The position numbers were made by a program, and so were the translations under genes. A model generated the notes under the pieces. It was given only the letters and a program-made list of their open reading frames with translations. It did no database searches and was not told where the DNA came from. A DNA stretch of 33,315 nucleotides from Octopus bimaculoides (taxonomy: Eukaryota), in assembly GCF_001194135.2 (NCBI RefSeq), contig NC_068984.1:145868120-145901434 (forward strand), read 5' to 3'. Positions 19,724 to 31,707 of the stretch are shown here, piece by piece (positions within the stretch are counted from its first letter, which is position 1; each line of letters opens with the position of its first letter).

Positions 19724-20686
19724 ATCTATGTTAGCATATATATATCAGTAAACACGATTCTATATGATTTTAAGTATCAGTTGTAATTTCTTACCCTTCT
19801 TATAAAGGGCCCTGCTGGAAGCATCATATCTCTTCTCTTCTAAAACTAACGTATTCCCCCCCCCCCTCCGAGCTATTTTAAGTTCCTAACACAAACCATC
19901 ACAACTTTAGACTGTTTTATCATCGTATTGCTTACACTGACACAGAGGTTAATACAACACTATGAATTAAACTTATTTTAATGATCCTTCTGGCAAAGTC
20001 CTCTCCCACTCCCCAAGGTTAACAGGGATTCAATCATAGATATTTGCATTTAATAAGTACAAGAAATGGTTTGTACAATGATTTTGCTAACAATAGTATT
20101 TGTGTGTAACATGCGTTAGGAAGTCTAAAACTAACCTCAACAGGAAGTGCTCTAAATGACACCCTGCTTATAACGTGTAGGGGCTGCACATTGTGGATAT
20201 ATTTGGCTTATGTGTGTCTATAAGCAACTACATACCATGTGTGATAAGCCAAAAGATAGGGTTTCTTGCATCGGTGTCTATTTGTGCGTGTAGGTGTGAG
20301 CGTGAGTGCAGAATTAGCACAGGGTTAGAAACAAAAACATCATTCTCCTCCCGGTACAATTCAGTGACGCACACTCGCACTCAAATAGTACACATTTTTA
20401 CTCTAATAGTTAAAACATAAAGCATTTTGTTCATAGATAACGTGTATATTACCAATATAAAGAGAAGTGCGATAGCTTATTTTGCTGCGAGGAGTATATA
20501 ATGTAAGGTTGGGTGTCTTTGTCTTTTGTCTGAGATTAAACGAAAGAAAGAAAACGAGCTGCTGTCATTTTGAGCAAGAAACATGTAGGCGGTGTTTTGG
20601 GCATAGTTGTCCTTCGAAGTCCCAAACTTTCATGAGAAAAGAAAAGGGTGACTTAATCTTTTTTACTATTTCTGTCTCTCATAGTG

Positions 20687-20925
20687 AAGGTGCGTAGCCA
20701 AGTTGTCCGGGCATTGCACTCACGATCTTGCGATCGTAATTTCGGTTCCCGGACGGGCAGTGTATTGTGTTCTTCGAGCAAAAACACTGCATTCACGTTG
20801 CTCCAGTTTGCACAGCTATAAATAGGAATAACCCTGCTACAGACTGGAGATTGTTGTGATTTCGGTCCACGCCATGGAAACCGGGTAACCTGCTCTGAGT
20901 CTAAGACTCGCAGAGATGATAATAA
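20687..20925 (+). mobile_element. tRNA-derived SINE family C, near full length
   Basis: The head aligns to the reverse complement of 13515-13648. It continues AACCCTGCTACAGACTGG (20830-20847), CCACGCCATGGAAACCGGGTAA and a short (GAT/AAT) tail. Confidence 0.7.
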
Positions 20926-21520
20926 TGTTCAGGGGTTGTTTTTGTTGGTGACGATGATGATGATGTTTTTCATACAATAGAAGTCTGAATTTTGTTTTTG
21001 TTTTCTCCAAAGTTTCGATTTTTTTTACATCCCCCCACACACACACCTCACTCCCCAAACTCTTTTTTCTTTCTCATCAAACACGAGACTTCGAGACAGT
21101 TAATTCAAAAGCTCCTCCCCCAAGTAGACTTATTTGCTCCAACAGCACTTTTTCTTTCATATATTTTGTCACTAGCCTCGGAGACAACGACAGTCTTTCA
21201 TTTTTTGACTCTCACATAAAAACCCAAACAACTGATTCAGTAAAACTCTAAAACTCCACCTGGCAATAAACTTCTCCCATTCCTCCGTCGATCCCTGCTA
21301 CGGACTAACAACGATGCAAGCCATCACAACTCAGTTACCTCAGTTAATTTCACGTATGTTTGTGTGTGTTATGTCAATAAACAACCGAGAAATGATAATA
21401 CTCTCATAAAAGTAGTGAGAGAGAGTTGGTTTGCATACACGGAAAACGTCTTATGGATTGATTTAATAAATAACAAGATCAATTTGGTTTGCATCGACAC
21501 AATAATATTTCATACATTTA

Positions 21521-21718
21521 AGGGCAGCGAATTGACAGAATCCTTAGCACGCCGAACAAAATGCTTAGCAGCAGTTCGTCCGTCTTTGTTCTCTGAGTTC
21601 AGATTCCAGCGAGGTCGACTTTGCCTTTCATCTTTTCGGAATCGATAAAATAAATACCAGTTGAGTAATCGACTAACCCTTCCCCCCAAATTGCTGTCAT
21701 TGTACCAAAATTTGAGAG
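21521..21718 (+). mobile_element. SINE family B, near full length
   Basis: GGCAGCGAATTGACAGAATCCTTAGCACGCCGAACAAAATGCTTAGC..CTGAGTTCAGATTCC..GAGGTCGACTTTGCCTTTCATC aligns with the reverse complement of 25852-26067. Confidence 0.85.
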
Positions 21719-22559
21719 GAATGTTTCATACTTCAGACGTAATCAAAGCAGTCGAGAGGGGGATGTTTCATATCTGTTGTCTCTCGAGGTGCGTCCATAC
21801 AGAAAACTATCGATTACTATTGTATAAGTACATTATTATTTTTTTATATATATCTGTTGTTGATTAGGAAGTGATACATTCACCTCGACCTAGAAACAAA
21901 TGACTCATGTGATTAAAATATTCCTTTCAATGTAAATATGGAAGGTGTTAATTTTCACAATAGACGTTTACATAACTGACACCACATTATCCCGTTTGAT
22001 TAACTAAACACATTCAGGAAGGATACAATACTTTCACTTAACACTTTGTCTATCAAACCGATTCTGTGCCATATTTTCTTTTGTACCAACGGTCCAATCT
22101 TGTTATGAATTATGCATTTCTTTAAATCTTCTAACCATATATATGTTCTAGTTCATTAAGTACCACATTAAACTATAGCAAAGGTATTAACAGTGACTCC
22201 CCCAATTCAAAATGAATATTATATCCATTCTGTGATACACATGGTACAAAAGTGTTCAAATGTCCGTTATGCCTCCATTTATGGATTTTTTCCCCTGCTA
22301 CAGAATATATTCCAGATTCTGTTATCTAAGTCTTAATGGCTTCTTTTATTTTATGGAGGGCACCACTTCAACGATGGAGACTTACATCCTTCCCATAGCT
22401 TTATTCTATGAATTTCCTCAAATTCGATTAATAGTTTGAAGCATAGTAACGCAAAGCTCCATGAAAAAGGGGGAAAATAACACATTAGAAATCACCGGCG
22501 ACTCTCAATAGACAAAGTATTAACATGTAAGATTAGAGTATTTGATGGCATAAAAGACA

Positions 22560-22722
22560 AAGGGACATATTAGACGCATCCCACTTTCAACAATGCATAT
22601 TTAGGAAAAAAAGTTTTTAAAGCATTAAAGTTTATGAGAGGTTTAGCTATGCAAAAAGGACTTGGATGACTTTTGTGCCATTTTTGGTTTTTAGAGAAAA
22701 AGTGCGTCTAATGTGGCATCAC
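22560..22722. mobile_element. Decayed pogo/Tc2-like MITE remnant
   Basis: Inverted repeat CATATTAGACGCA (22566-22578) / TGCGTCTAATGTG (22703-22715), 12/13. This resembles the TATAAGACGCA subterminal motif of pogo/Tc2 MITEs. The true termini are not resolved. Confidence 0.4.
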
Positions 22723-23171
22723 ATAGAAAGCTATCCTTACTCTGGAAGTCAAATACGTGTTGGCAGAAACCAAACATGTCAAAGAAAAAAAAAAGAAATT
22801 TGGAGAAAGCATTAAATCTGTCGATTGAGGCTGTTTAGTTAATCACCAAACTCCATATGGTAACCAATGGCAACTAGTTGCACTTTGGTTCGATAGCAGA
22901 CATAACGTGTCTCGTGGGTTACATCTGTCTGGAGCTTGTTTAAAATGGTGTGAGTTTGATTGGCCTTCAGAAAGAAGGATACTGTATCCTTAAATTGAAT
23001 GAAAGATCAGGCTGGTTGCATGACCAATGGAATCGATTCTGTTACAACCAATTTGGGCCTGGTTTGCAGTCTGAAAATAACCCCACCCCTAATCGTTTCC
23101 AGGGTGAGCGCCTGAATAATGTCACGGCTACTGTCGTTTCTCCTCTGACTTAACGATTTAAAAATAAAACG

Positions 23172-23330
23172 GTTTCAAATTTTGGTACAAGGCCAGCAAT
23201 TGTCAGGAGAAGAGATAATTCGATTACATCGACTCAAATGCTTTAACTCTGAAAGGATAAGAAAAAAAAAGTAAAGTTGACCTCAGAGGAATTCTAACAC
23301 AATCCATTCAAAGCCGCGTAAAAGACGAAG
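23172..23330 (-). mobile_element. SINE family B, 3' part
   Basis: TCAAATTTTGGTACAA (23175-23190) is the exact reverse complement of 21700-21715. TCGATTACATCGAC and AAAGTTGACCTC are also shared. Confidence 0.7.
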
Positions 23331-23446
23331 CTTTGGTACTGCTAAATCTCTTTCGAATTACATCTGTCCGTCTTAAAAATAGAAAAATATGTATATCCAT
23401 GATGATAGTGTCGTTTTAGATACATTTTACGTTATATAATAGAGCT

Positions 23447-23515
23447 GGATCATCACACCGACCTCTGATCATAAAGTCTGCTCGCTCAGCGCTGACTTGG
23501 GGTTAAACACCAGCA
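23447..23515 (-). mobile_element. Repeat D, 5' fragment
   Basis: The reverse complement GTTTAACCCCAAGTCAGCGCTGAGCGAGCAGACTTTATGATC matches 32545-32595. Confidence 0.55.
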
Positions 23516-23528
23516 CCACTAACACCTC

Positions 23529-23589
<61 letters not shown>

Positions 23590-24519
23590 CTGATATCAGC
23601 TGATATTGAGTTAGGTGATTGTAAAAGTTAATATAATGGAGCTAGGAAAATATATTTATAAAGATATCCTGTCAACTAAAGAATTAAATAAATCTGCAGA
23701 CTTCGTATTTTAATGAAACGTGTGTGAGAGAAATGGCCAGTGTTTTTTATTCATTTATATATACAAGACATAACTGTAGTGTGTATGGTTTGTGAATATG
23801 TTGTGTATGTGTATACACACACACACACTATGGTTTCACATTCTTGTTTACGTTGTTGGACGGTTTATCTTGAGTCGACTTCCGCAATGTCCCGTTGAGC
23901 GATCAATGTCTAAAAAAATAACCATGGCAATGATGTAATAACAATTACTCTGTGTGTGAGTGTAACACGCGCGCGCGCACTCGATATATGCATACGTTAG
24001 TGGAGATTGAATACTTAAAACCGCATTGGTAGACGTGATATGTAAACATATTTATATAATATCTCATATATATATATATACATATATATACGTACATATT
24101 GTGTGAGAATTTGTTTGCATACGTACACATATGTGCCTATGAACTATATGTAACAGGATGTTTATTATATGAATGTATGTGTGAACGACTGAGACTAATT
24201 CAAATATTTCCCATAATTTCGTCACCAGCCACCCACCTTCTTTGCCAATCCTGTCTGCGGTGGCGGTTGAATGATCGGTAAACTGCTGACAAACTAAATT
24301 CGTCATGTCGCCAATTTCTTTTATATATAAGCAACTTATTCCAGTTAAAATCATTGTTGAACTTAGATCAGATGAGTTAACCGTTGAGCTAGATCCAATT
24401 TCTCTTGCAGGGCATTGATCGAAGCTATGATAGAAAAAAAACACTTGCTTAAGGTGTCAGGAAACCACGTGGTTGTAAAATGAACTTGTTAGTCATACAA
24501 GCTTTACCTGCCTCTCTAG

Positions 24520-24550
<31 letters not shown>

Positions 24551-24615
24551 TATCTACACAAACATACTTCTTCGCAACACACATGTACACACACTCGCGA
24601 TGTTTTGTTTCTAAT

Positions 24616-24761
24616 CAGGTCTGAGCAACCTTTTTCGAGAAGCGGGGCGCACGAGACTTGGTTCATTATATGACTGGTCTCATTTTCTAAATAATTCAAG
24701 GCGATTTTTCATTTGGCTTCCCATTCAGGAACTCATGTGGGCCGCATGTTGCTTATGACTG
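24616..24761. mobile_element. hAT (Charlie-like) MITE
   Basis: Left TIR CAGGTCTGAGCAAC versus reverse-complemented right TIR CAGTCATAAGCAAC (10/14). The subterminal GGGCCGCATGTTGC is typical of Charlie-type MITEs. No TSD is preserved. Confidence 0.5.
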
Positions 24762-24829
24762 TTTAAATATAGAGGAAAAGTGGTTATGCACGAAACGTTG
24801 TCCATTAATAGAGTATTCCGACCTGTTGT

Positions 24830-25080
24830 AGAATAGATTTGGCGGGGTTGGAGGCTTTAGATTCTTATGTGCCAAACGACAGAAAGGGTACTTTTGATGC
24901 AGCAGGAGTGACTGGCCAAAGGAGCACTGGATTAACAATTAAGCAAAATAAGTATGTGCTTAGGGTATCGAGGGAAAAGGGTGGGGGGCGACCACAGATA
25001 TGGTTAATGGGTTTACGACACAAAAGTGATCGCTTTAAACTTGTTAAAATGATTATTCGATACGATCGGAAATCATAGAA
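24830..25080 (+). pseudogene. Possible RTE-like LINE 3' end
   Basis: VSREKGGGRPQIW..FKLVKMIIRYDRKS* resembles VEG.RGRGRP.KTW..L.L...MT.DR..W. Confidence 0.3.
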
Positions 25081-25087
25081 ACCACAT

Positions 25088-25258
25088 CGACCAATGCTTT
25101 ACAAGTGAATCTGATTGACGGAAACTGTGTGGAAGCCCATCGTGTGTGTTCGTTCCCCACCACCTCTCAACCGGTGTTAGTTTGTTTACGTCACCGTAAC
25201 ATAGCGATTAAGCAAAAGAGACCGACAGAATGAATACCAAGCTTTTAAAAAAGAATCA
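25088..25258 (+). mobile_element. SINE family A, central fragment
   Basis: GACGGAAACTGTGTGGAAGCCCATCG..CAACCGGTGTTAGTTTGTTTACGTCACCGTAAC..GACCGACAGAATG matches 32765-32900. Confidence 0.75.
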
Positions 25259-25329
25259 TAAATATTGAAACGAGTAAAAGATATTTTTTTAATGAAAAAC
25301 ATAAATTGAAGATGAGACGAGGACATCGC

Positions 25330-25520
25330 CATCATCATAGTAGTAGTAGTGTTTCATTCACAGTTGGGTATCGTTTATCGCGGCAGCCCTTTCCAGTTCG
25401 CCTGTTACGGCACACAAGGACTTGATGCTCTTCTTCTAAAAACCTAGGTATTATTCGATATGGTTATGAATCAACGGATATCGTTGTTGCCTTGAATCCC
25501 CCCGTCACGTCATTGAATCA
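25330..25520 (-). pseudogene. Possible RTE-like LINE 3' end with (TAC/TGA)n tail
   Basis: The minus strand ends ..CCGTAACAGGCGAACTGGAAAGGGCTG..TACCCAACTGTGAATGAAAC followed by (TAC)n. This resembles the A.DR..W..L..AY.Q.W terminus of RTE ORFs. Confidence 0.3.
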
Positions 25521-25851
25521 CGTTTTACAATTGCCCTTCCTCTTGTTTTACAGAAAAAAGAAAAAGAAAAACTTTCATTATTCATGTTCAAATACTCTTT
25601 TACCCAGCATGTGCCATTTCTTAAATGTTTGTGTGGATTAGAGGCCCTTGTGTTGAAATGTTAGTGAAATTACTTACAGAAGACAAGAACTTAATGTATT
25701 AAGACTGTATTAAACCTTAGCACAATCATTAGGCATGTTTCTAACCATCGATAACATGATGTCCAATTCATTCTAATCCAATAAAGATTTTTTTGTTAAA
25801 TATACTTAAAATATTACCATACTTTTACTCGTGTGTAAATTGCACTATTTT

Positions 25852-26067
25852 AATCTTTTTATTGCCCACTGAGGGCTAAACATAGAGGGAACAAACAAGG
25901 ACAAAGGAATTAAATCGATTACATCGACATCAGTGCGTAATTGGTACTTATTTAATCGACCCCGAAAGGTAAAGTCGACCTCGGTGGAATTTGAACTCAG
26001 AACGTAAAGACAGACGAAAGACCGCTAAGCATTTCGCCGGGCGTGCTAGCGATTCTACCAGCTCGCC
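25852..26067 (-). mobile_element. tRNA-derived SINE family B, full-length and best-preserved copy
   Basis: The reverse complement starts GGCGAGCTGGTAGAATCGCTAGCACGCC, has a B-box GAGTTCAAATTCC, body GAGGTCGACTTTACC..GGTCGATTAAATAAGTACCAATT and tail GTTTAGCCCTCAGTGGGCAATAAAAAGATT. Confidence 0.9.
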
Positions 26068-26096
26068 TCCTTGTTTTAAATTGTACTACTTTGTAC

Positions 26097-26134
26097 TTGA
26101 TTCTAACTGGAAAACTTGATTCTAACTGGAAAAC
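26097..26134 (+). repeat. Exact 19-bp tandem duplication (TTGATTCTAACTGGAAAAC)2
   Basis: Directly visible. Confidence 0.95.
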
Positions 26135-27249
26135 TGGTGTGATATATACAGGGGACGAAGCTAAAATTATGGAAGGAAAGGAAATTGTACCAAGATTTAA
26201 CGTTAAGATTCGAGGTACGACTTGGAATAAATACCTGGTTTAAATGTTTTATTTCTAACGAACAATAAAAATCAGGACCTCTCCTCTCATAGCGCTCACT
26301 TGTGAACCTAATGCCTCCAAAAGGGCGCTATCGGAATAAGGCCAACGGAAAGGCCGAGTCACTTTCAACAGCCTGAACCTAAAACAATGAAACACCAACT
26401 TTAAATGCTCCAGAAAGCGTGTAAATAACTGTATTTATAGACCATAGTTTGAATTATTTATAAGCTGGAATATGTAAATAGCTTTTTTCTGCCTTTATGC
26501 TCAACGAGCGCCAAAATAACTTTATTTGCTCTCGAACAGGTATTATATATATATATAGTATGACAACACTATTTTTACCTGGCTTGATGACGGCTACCAC
26601 TCTCTAAATAAATGTAATTGTAATTCTGTTTTCTCATTCTATGGAACTTATTGTCCGTGTCTTTTAAAGTGGACAAATTCCTTCATGTTCTACTAAACTT
26701 AATTATAACATTTGTTCTCCTTTCGTTGGATCAAGTGCCATTGATTATATCATTACGATTAAACTGAAAACTTTGTGCTTCGCTGAAGATGTTCAATTTT
26801 TTTTATAATACACATACATACACACAGAGATTTGGTGAGCAAACAGTAAAATGAAACTCAAAACCTGAGTATATATACGTTTTATTTTGTTTGTTTCTAT
26901 CAATAATCGACAGAAGTTACAGTGACTCGATGGTCGAGATTCGTGTTTGCACTTATCAAAATGCTAACGCACAGAACTTACGGCCCTTAAGTCACTCTTT
27001 AGCTTCTACTGATTAATAATTTGTGTGTGTGAGAGAGAGAGGGTATTGTAGTTTGCTTGAAGCATTGTAGTACAGGAGTAGAAAATAAAAGGAAAATGAA
27101 GAAAGCTTCTAACAATGCAGAAACACTTATTGGATTGCTTCCATCTGAGGATTGGCCTTTACGCCTGAAATATAAAGGTTTCTGTAAAACTTTCTGCATT
27201 GTTAGAAGCTTTCTATATTTTCATTTTCTTTTTCTTCTCACACACAAAC

Positions 27250-27388
27250 CCCACAGTTTCCGTCTACCAAACCCACTTACAAGGCATTGGTCGGTCCGAG
27301 GCTACAGAAGAGACTTGCCCAGGGTACTATGCAGTAGGACCGAACCTGAAACCAAGTGGTTGTAAAGCGAGCTTTTTAGCTACGCCCA
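27250..27388 (-). mobile_element. SINE family A head
   Basis: CAGTTTCCGTCTACCAAACCCACTTACAAGGCATTGGTCGGTCCGAGGCTAC..CTTGCCCAGGG..GAACCTGAAACCAAGTGGTTG, the reverse complement of the 7078-7230 type. Confidence 0.8.
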
Positions 27389-27954
27389 CTCCCAACTCTC
27401 TCTCTCTCCACATACACATACGTAGAGACAGTCATTGGTCACAAGACCAAAACTTTTCTTTTGTAATCATTTTCTTAGCACAGATTCCGTTGGTTCTATC
27501 CAATTCCAGACAGGGGCGAGAGACAGGCTGGGTGAGGGAACTCTATTACTCACCATAACTTTGGTACCCGATTCTTCAAGGTTCACAGTTCGCCCAAACT
27601 AACCTTGTTTTTGGCTTTTCTAATTTCGATGAAATAAGCAGCGGTATCCATCCAGGATTTAAGGAAACAAGGAAATTAGTCGATAATTAGTTAATAGGAG
27701 ATCGACGAGGTCATTGACCGCTTTCGGCCTTCATCTTCCTTTGAGAGAGGAATGGTGAGTGGTCGTGGTGCTTTGGTTGGAGGCTAACCAATAACTACTA
27801 CATACGGACAAGGGGATTTTTTTTCTTGCCTATTTTATTGGTTTCAGTCAAAGATGTTCACCCTAATAATTTGGTACGTCCTTTATCGATTTCTATTTGT
27901 GAATGCCTCAGTTACGGTGATGTCATACAATTTGACACTGGTGATCACGCGCGC

Positions 27955-28047
27955 ATGCTACAGACTTTCCATTCACCAAATTCTGCTCACAAAGCATTTT
28001 GTCCTTATGACCACAGGGATTGCGATTCAAGCTTTTTAACCATACGG
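27955..28047 (-). mobile_element. SINE family A, degraded head fragment
   Basis: CTACAGACTTTCCATTCACCAAATTCTGCTCACAAAGCATTTTGTC..AGCTTTTTAACCATACGGC. Confidence 0.5.
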
Positions 28048-28985
28048 CTTTGCTTGCATTAACTTTGTATTGCTTCACAATTCATTGTCAAGGACTGATT
28101 TTGTCTATTCGAACTCTCTGCGTTCAAATCCCGCCAACTTCAACAACGTCTTTGGTAGATTGACGTAACTGCTACAGGGTCGGATGAGATGCCTTACAGT
28201 ATTTGGTACTTATAAAGATTCAAACAGCTTTTGTCAGTGCAAGATAGAGGCCTTTCCCTTCGATAAACATCGGTGATGAGGAAAGGAGTCTTCCTCCTAA
28301 AAATTATGTTTGGGTCTGCACATAGAAACATGCGCGGGGGCACGATCGACCTTGGCCGACGGAGGCGCTACAAGTTGGTCCCGTTTGTATTGAAGTGAAT
28401 TGTTGTCATTGCTGTTGTTCAGTCATGAGTCGGTGTTAATGAAACACAGAGATGCGAGGAGCGAACGCGTTTANNNNNNNNNNNNNNNNNNNNNNNNNNN
28501 NNNNNNNNNNNNNNNNNNNNNNNNNNNNNNNNNNNNNNNNNNNNNNNNNNNNNNNNNNNNNNNNNNNNNNNNNNNNNNNNNNNNNNNNNNNNNNNNNNNN
28601 NNNNNNNNNNNNNNNNNNNNNNNNNNNNNNNNNNNNNNNNNNNNNNNNNNNNNNNNNNNNNNNNNNNNNNNNNNNNNNNNNNNNNNNNNNNNNNNNNNNN
28701 NNNNNNNNNNNNNNNNNNNNNNNNNNNNNNNNNNNNNNNNNNNNNNNNNNNNNNNNNNNNNNNNNNNNNNNNNNNNNNNNNNNNNNNNNNNNNNNNNNNN
28801 NNNNNNNNNNNNNNNNNNNNNNNNNNNNNNNNNNNNNNNNNNNNNNNNNNNNNNNNNNNNNNNNNNNNNNNNNNNNNNNNNNNNNNNNNNNNNNNNNNNN
28901 NNNNNNNNNNNNNNNNNNNNNNNNNNNNNNNNNNNNNNNNNNNNNNNNNNNNNNNNNNNNNNNNNNNNNNNNNNNNNNNNNNNNN

Positions 28986-29017
<32 letters not shown>

Positions 29018-29594
29018 TCAAAGGCGTTTCACTTAAGATAAGACGAATATATATTTAGAATGTTGAGTAATTGATGTTGGCGGTTGTAAATTTGTGTCTA
29101 TTAATGTAACTAATTATCGGCTCTGAACAGTAATGGCTGAAACGGGATGAGCTTTGAATAAGGATTATATAATAGCATTGGACCTAATTTTATAAAATAA
29201 ACACCGTTTTATAAAATAAATAACATATGTGTTTGAATAAATGACAGTTATAACTGTGTTTATAAATTATGCAGAAAACGAGAACTAGATAGGACATCGT
29301 GTGGGAAGGAGTGTAATAAATACAGAAGTTGTATATATTATACGGGGAACGGAAATAGTCAGAAAAATGTGTCAGAAATTTTAAAGTCGCCATTTTTGGA
29401 CGCGGGGAAAATCACAAAAAAATGTGATATCTTTTAAATACCATAAATAAATGACACAATGATTAAGCGGACATTACTTAAATTGCTTATTAACTGACAA
29501 TACATAGTTGGTACACATTAGCAATACAGTTTATATCATAAGTCATTTATTGAACTTTTCCTGTAGCTGTTTTTTTCTGTGATTTTTCTCTCTT

Positions 29595-29635
<41 letters not shown>

Positions 29636-30534
29636 TGGATGCGGAACATTCAGCCTTTACGTGACCCTTCACTTACTGGAAATAACAAAATTGTCTTCAA
29701 ATCACACGCTACCATCTTAAAAATTGAAGAACACAGATCTTTTCAATATTCTCCCAGCCACTTGAATTATTTCAAATTTTCAGTTTTTTTTTTTTTTTTG
29801 TTTTTTTCTTTTCTTTTTAATATTCTACACGTGTGTATGCTAGTAACGAAAATCACGTCCATTTTCTTTTAGAAATTTAAGATTAAAAAAAAAGTAACAA
29901 GCAACCGGAAACTTCCAATGCCGACATACCAGAAGTCATCAACATGCAAATTTACATCTATGTGGGGAATTTGACAAAAATCTGGTGAAAATTTGAGTTC
30001 ATGTGGTTGAAAGTATTTTTAAAAAATCGAAAGACTGCTTGTTCACTGAATGTCTGGGTCCGTTTGACCAGAGCTTCCTTGAGATTAATCAGAAACGACA
30101 GTAAAAACATGTATCTTTGTCCTCTTAACATGTATTTATGACATGTCTTAAATACAGAGATAAACTCACTGCTTGTTCATTCGGTTTTAATTCTCGCTTG
30201 AAAACATTCCTTGTCATTCGTGAGAAATGCATGAACGTCACAACATCGTATTCCATGTTATTAACACAGAACTCCGTTATCAGACAACCAGTGGTGTGTA
30301 TTAAACCAAACCGTACATCGTAGTACAGTCTCATGTTTAATTATCGTAGGTTTTAGCTCCAGCTATCAATCTCAGTTTCCCTGAATTTCGTTGAAACACT
30401 GACAGATCGTTTAGTTGGCTGAATAATTAATAGATGTGTGCATTAAAAATTTAACTCTATAAATTTGTATGCAGTTACGTATATGTAAGATTTTTATTTT
30501 CTTACTAAATAATGCAATCTCGTTATAAGAATTG

Positions 30535-30615
30535 GAAAATACTTTGCAGTACTTCTTCCTGCTCTTTACGTTCTGAGTTCAAATCCCACCGAGGTCAACT
30601 TTGCCTTTCATCCAT
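30535..30615 (+). mobile_element. SINE family B fragment
   Basis: TTTACGTTCTGAGTTCAAATCCCACCGAGGTCAACTTTGCCTTTCATCC, containing the B-box. Confidence 0.8.
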
Positions 30616-30751
30616 TATTTACTAAAATGATTAAGAACAACAATGTCCGAATCATCACATTTAACTCTTTTCATCTCTCTGGGTGCCTTTATTCCTTCGC
30701 TAAGAAGGTATGACTTGATCGGCGGCTGTATATAAAAAAATATATATATAT

Positions 30752-30820
30752 TTGCCCAAGATCGAACCTAGGACATCGTGATTGCGAAGTGAACTTCTTA
30801 ATCATTCGACCATACCGCAC
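30752..30820 (-). mobile_element. SINE family A head fragment
   Basis: TTGCCCAAGATCGAACCTAGGACATCGTGATTGCGAAGTGAACTTCTTAATCATTCGACC, with a reverse-complement B-box GGTTCGATC. Confidence 0.6.
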
Positions 30821-31559
30821 TTCACGCATGCACCAACAGAAAGAAATGCACATGTGCGTGTGTGTGTGTGTGTGTTCTAATTATACACCAAATGGCCTGG
30901 AATAAGTAAAACAATCTTTAAACATATTAAATGATGATTTCCATGGAGGAAACGTTGTACAAATACATGTATGTTGTATGTATGTATTATACTATATTAT
31001 ATTATATACATTTTAATTTTATGTTTTAATTATATTTATACTCACATATTACATTCTAATAATGAGAAACGTTATAACCAAACAGTTGAAGAATTACATT
31101 TCTGTGATTATTTTAAAAGACGTACTTTATTTTATGAAAGAATGAATATAAAATGATCTGTGTTGTAATAAGATATGTAGACGAGTCAACCAACCCAGCC
31201 TGATAAACCAAATTCCCCAAGTTTTTGCGCAGTTTATTGCTTGAAATTGCTGTTTGGCATAGGTGTATTAGTTACGTAGAGATATTACAGAGAAACAGGG
31301 CGCCTGGTATGATGTATGGACGTGCTTTTTTCGTGGAAATAAAATAGCTGAAAAGTGATAGGGGTGTACGAACGTCTAAACTGGCATTCCTTTATTACCG
31401 ACTTAAATTCTTATCTCCACCCCCACCCCCACCCCGCTCCACTCTTCACAGAAGTTCGGGGAAAGTTGTCTGCGTTTATTATTGCTGTCTGGAATTGGGA
31501 CAAAATAATAATAATAATAATAAAAAAACAAAGAAAATGTCATGTAGCATTTGTTCCGA

Positions 31560-31665
31560 TTCCTTACGTTTTCAGTTCCGATACATAACGAGATCAACTG
31601 TGCCTTTCCTGGGTCGATAAAGTACCAATTAAATACTAGAATCGATGTTGCTTCCCTGCAAATTT
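31560..31665 (+). mobile_element. SINE family B, degraded fragment
   Basis: TTACGTTTTCAGTTCCG..GATCAACTGTGCCTTTCCTGGGTCGATAAAGTACCAATT. Confidence 0.6.
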
Positions 31666-31707
31666 CTTATCCTTTTATTGTTTTTTTTTAATTCAAAAGT
31701 AATTACT

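Noticed and set aside
22758-23176. Possible solo LTR (TG...AATAAA...CA)
   Set aside because: No target-site duplication, and the CA end coincides with a SINE B tail.
24064-24444. 126-aa minus-strand ORF
   Set aside because: No recognisable domain. It begins in a SINE remnant and ends in a microsatellite.
25980-26067. tRNA-like heads with A/B boxes (also 7078, 13560-13648, 32638)
   Set aside because: They continue into SINE bodies and lack a foldable cloverleaf, so they are SINE heads rather than tRNA genes.
28400-29041. 194-213 aa ORFs
   Set aside because: Almost entirely N-gap.
30125-30334. 69-aa minus-strand ORF with an internal GCA|GTGAGT donor-like site
   Set aside because: No clear acceptor or polypyrimidine tract and no recognisable protein motif.
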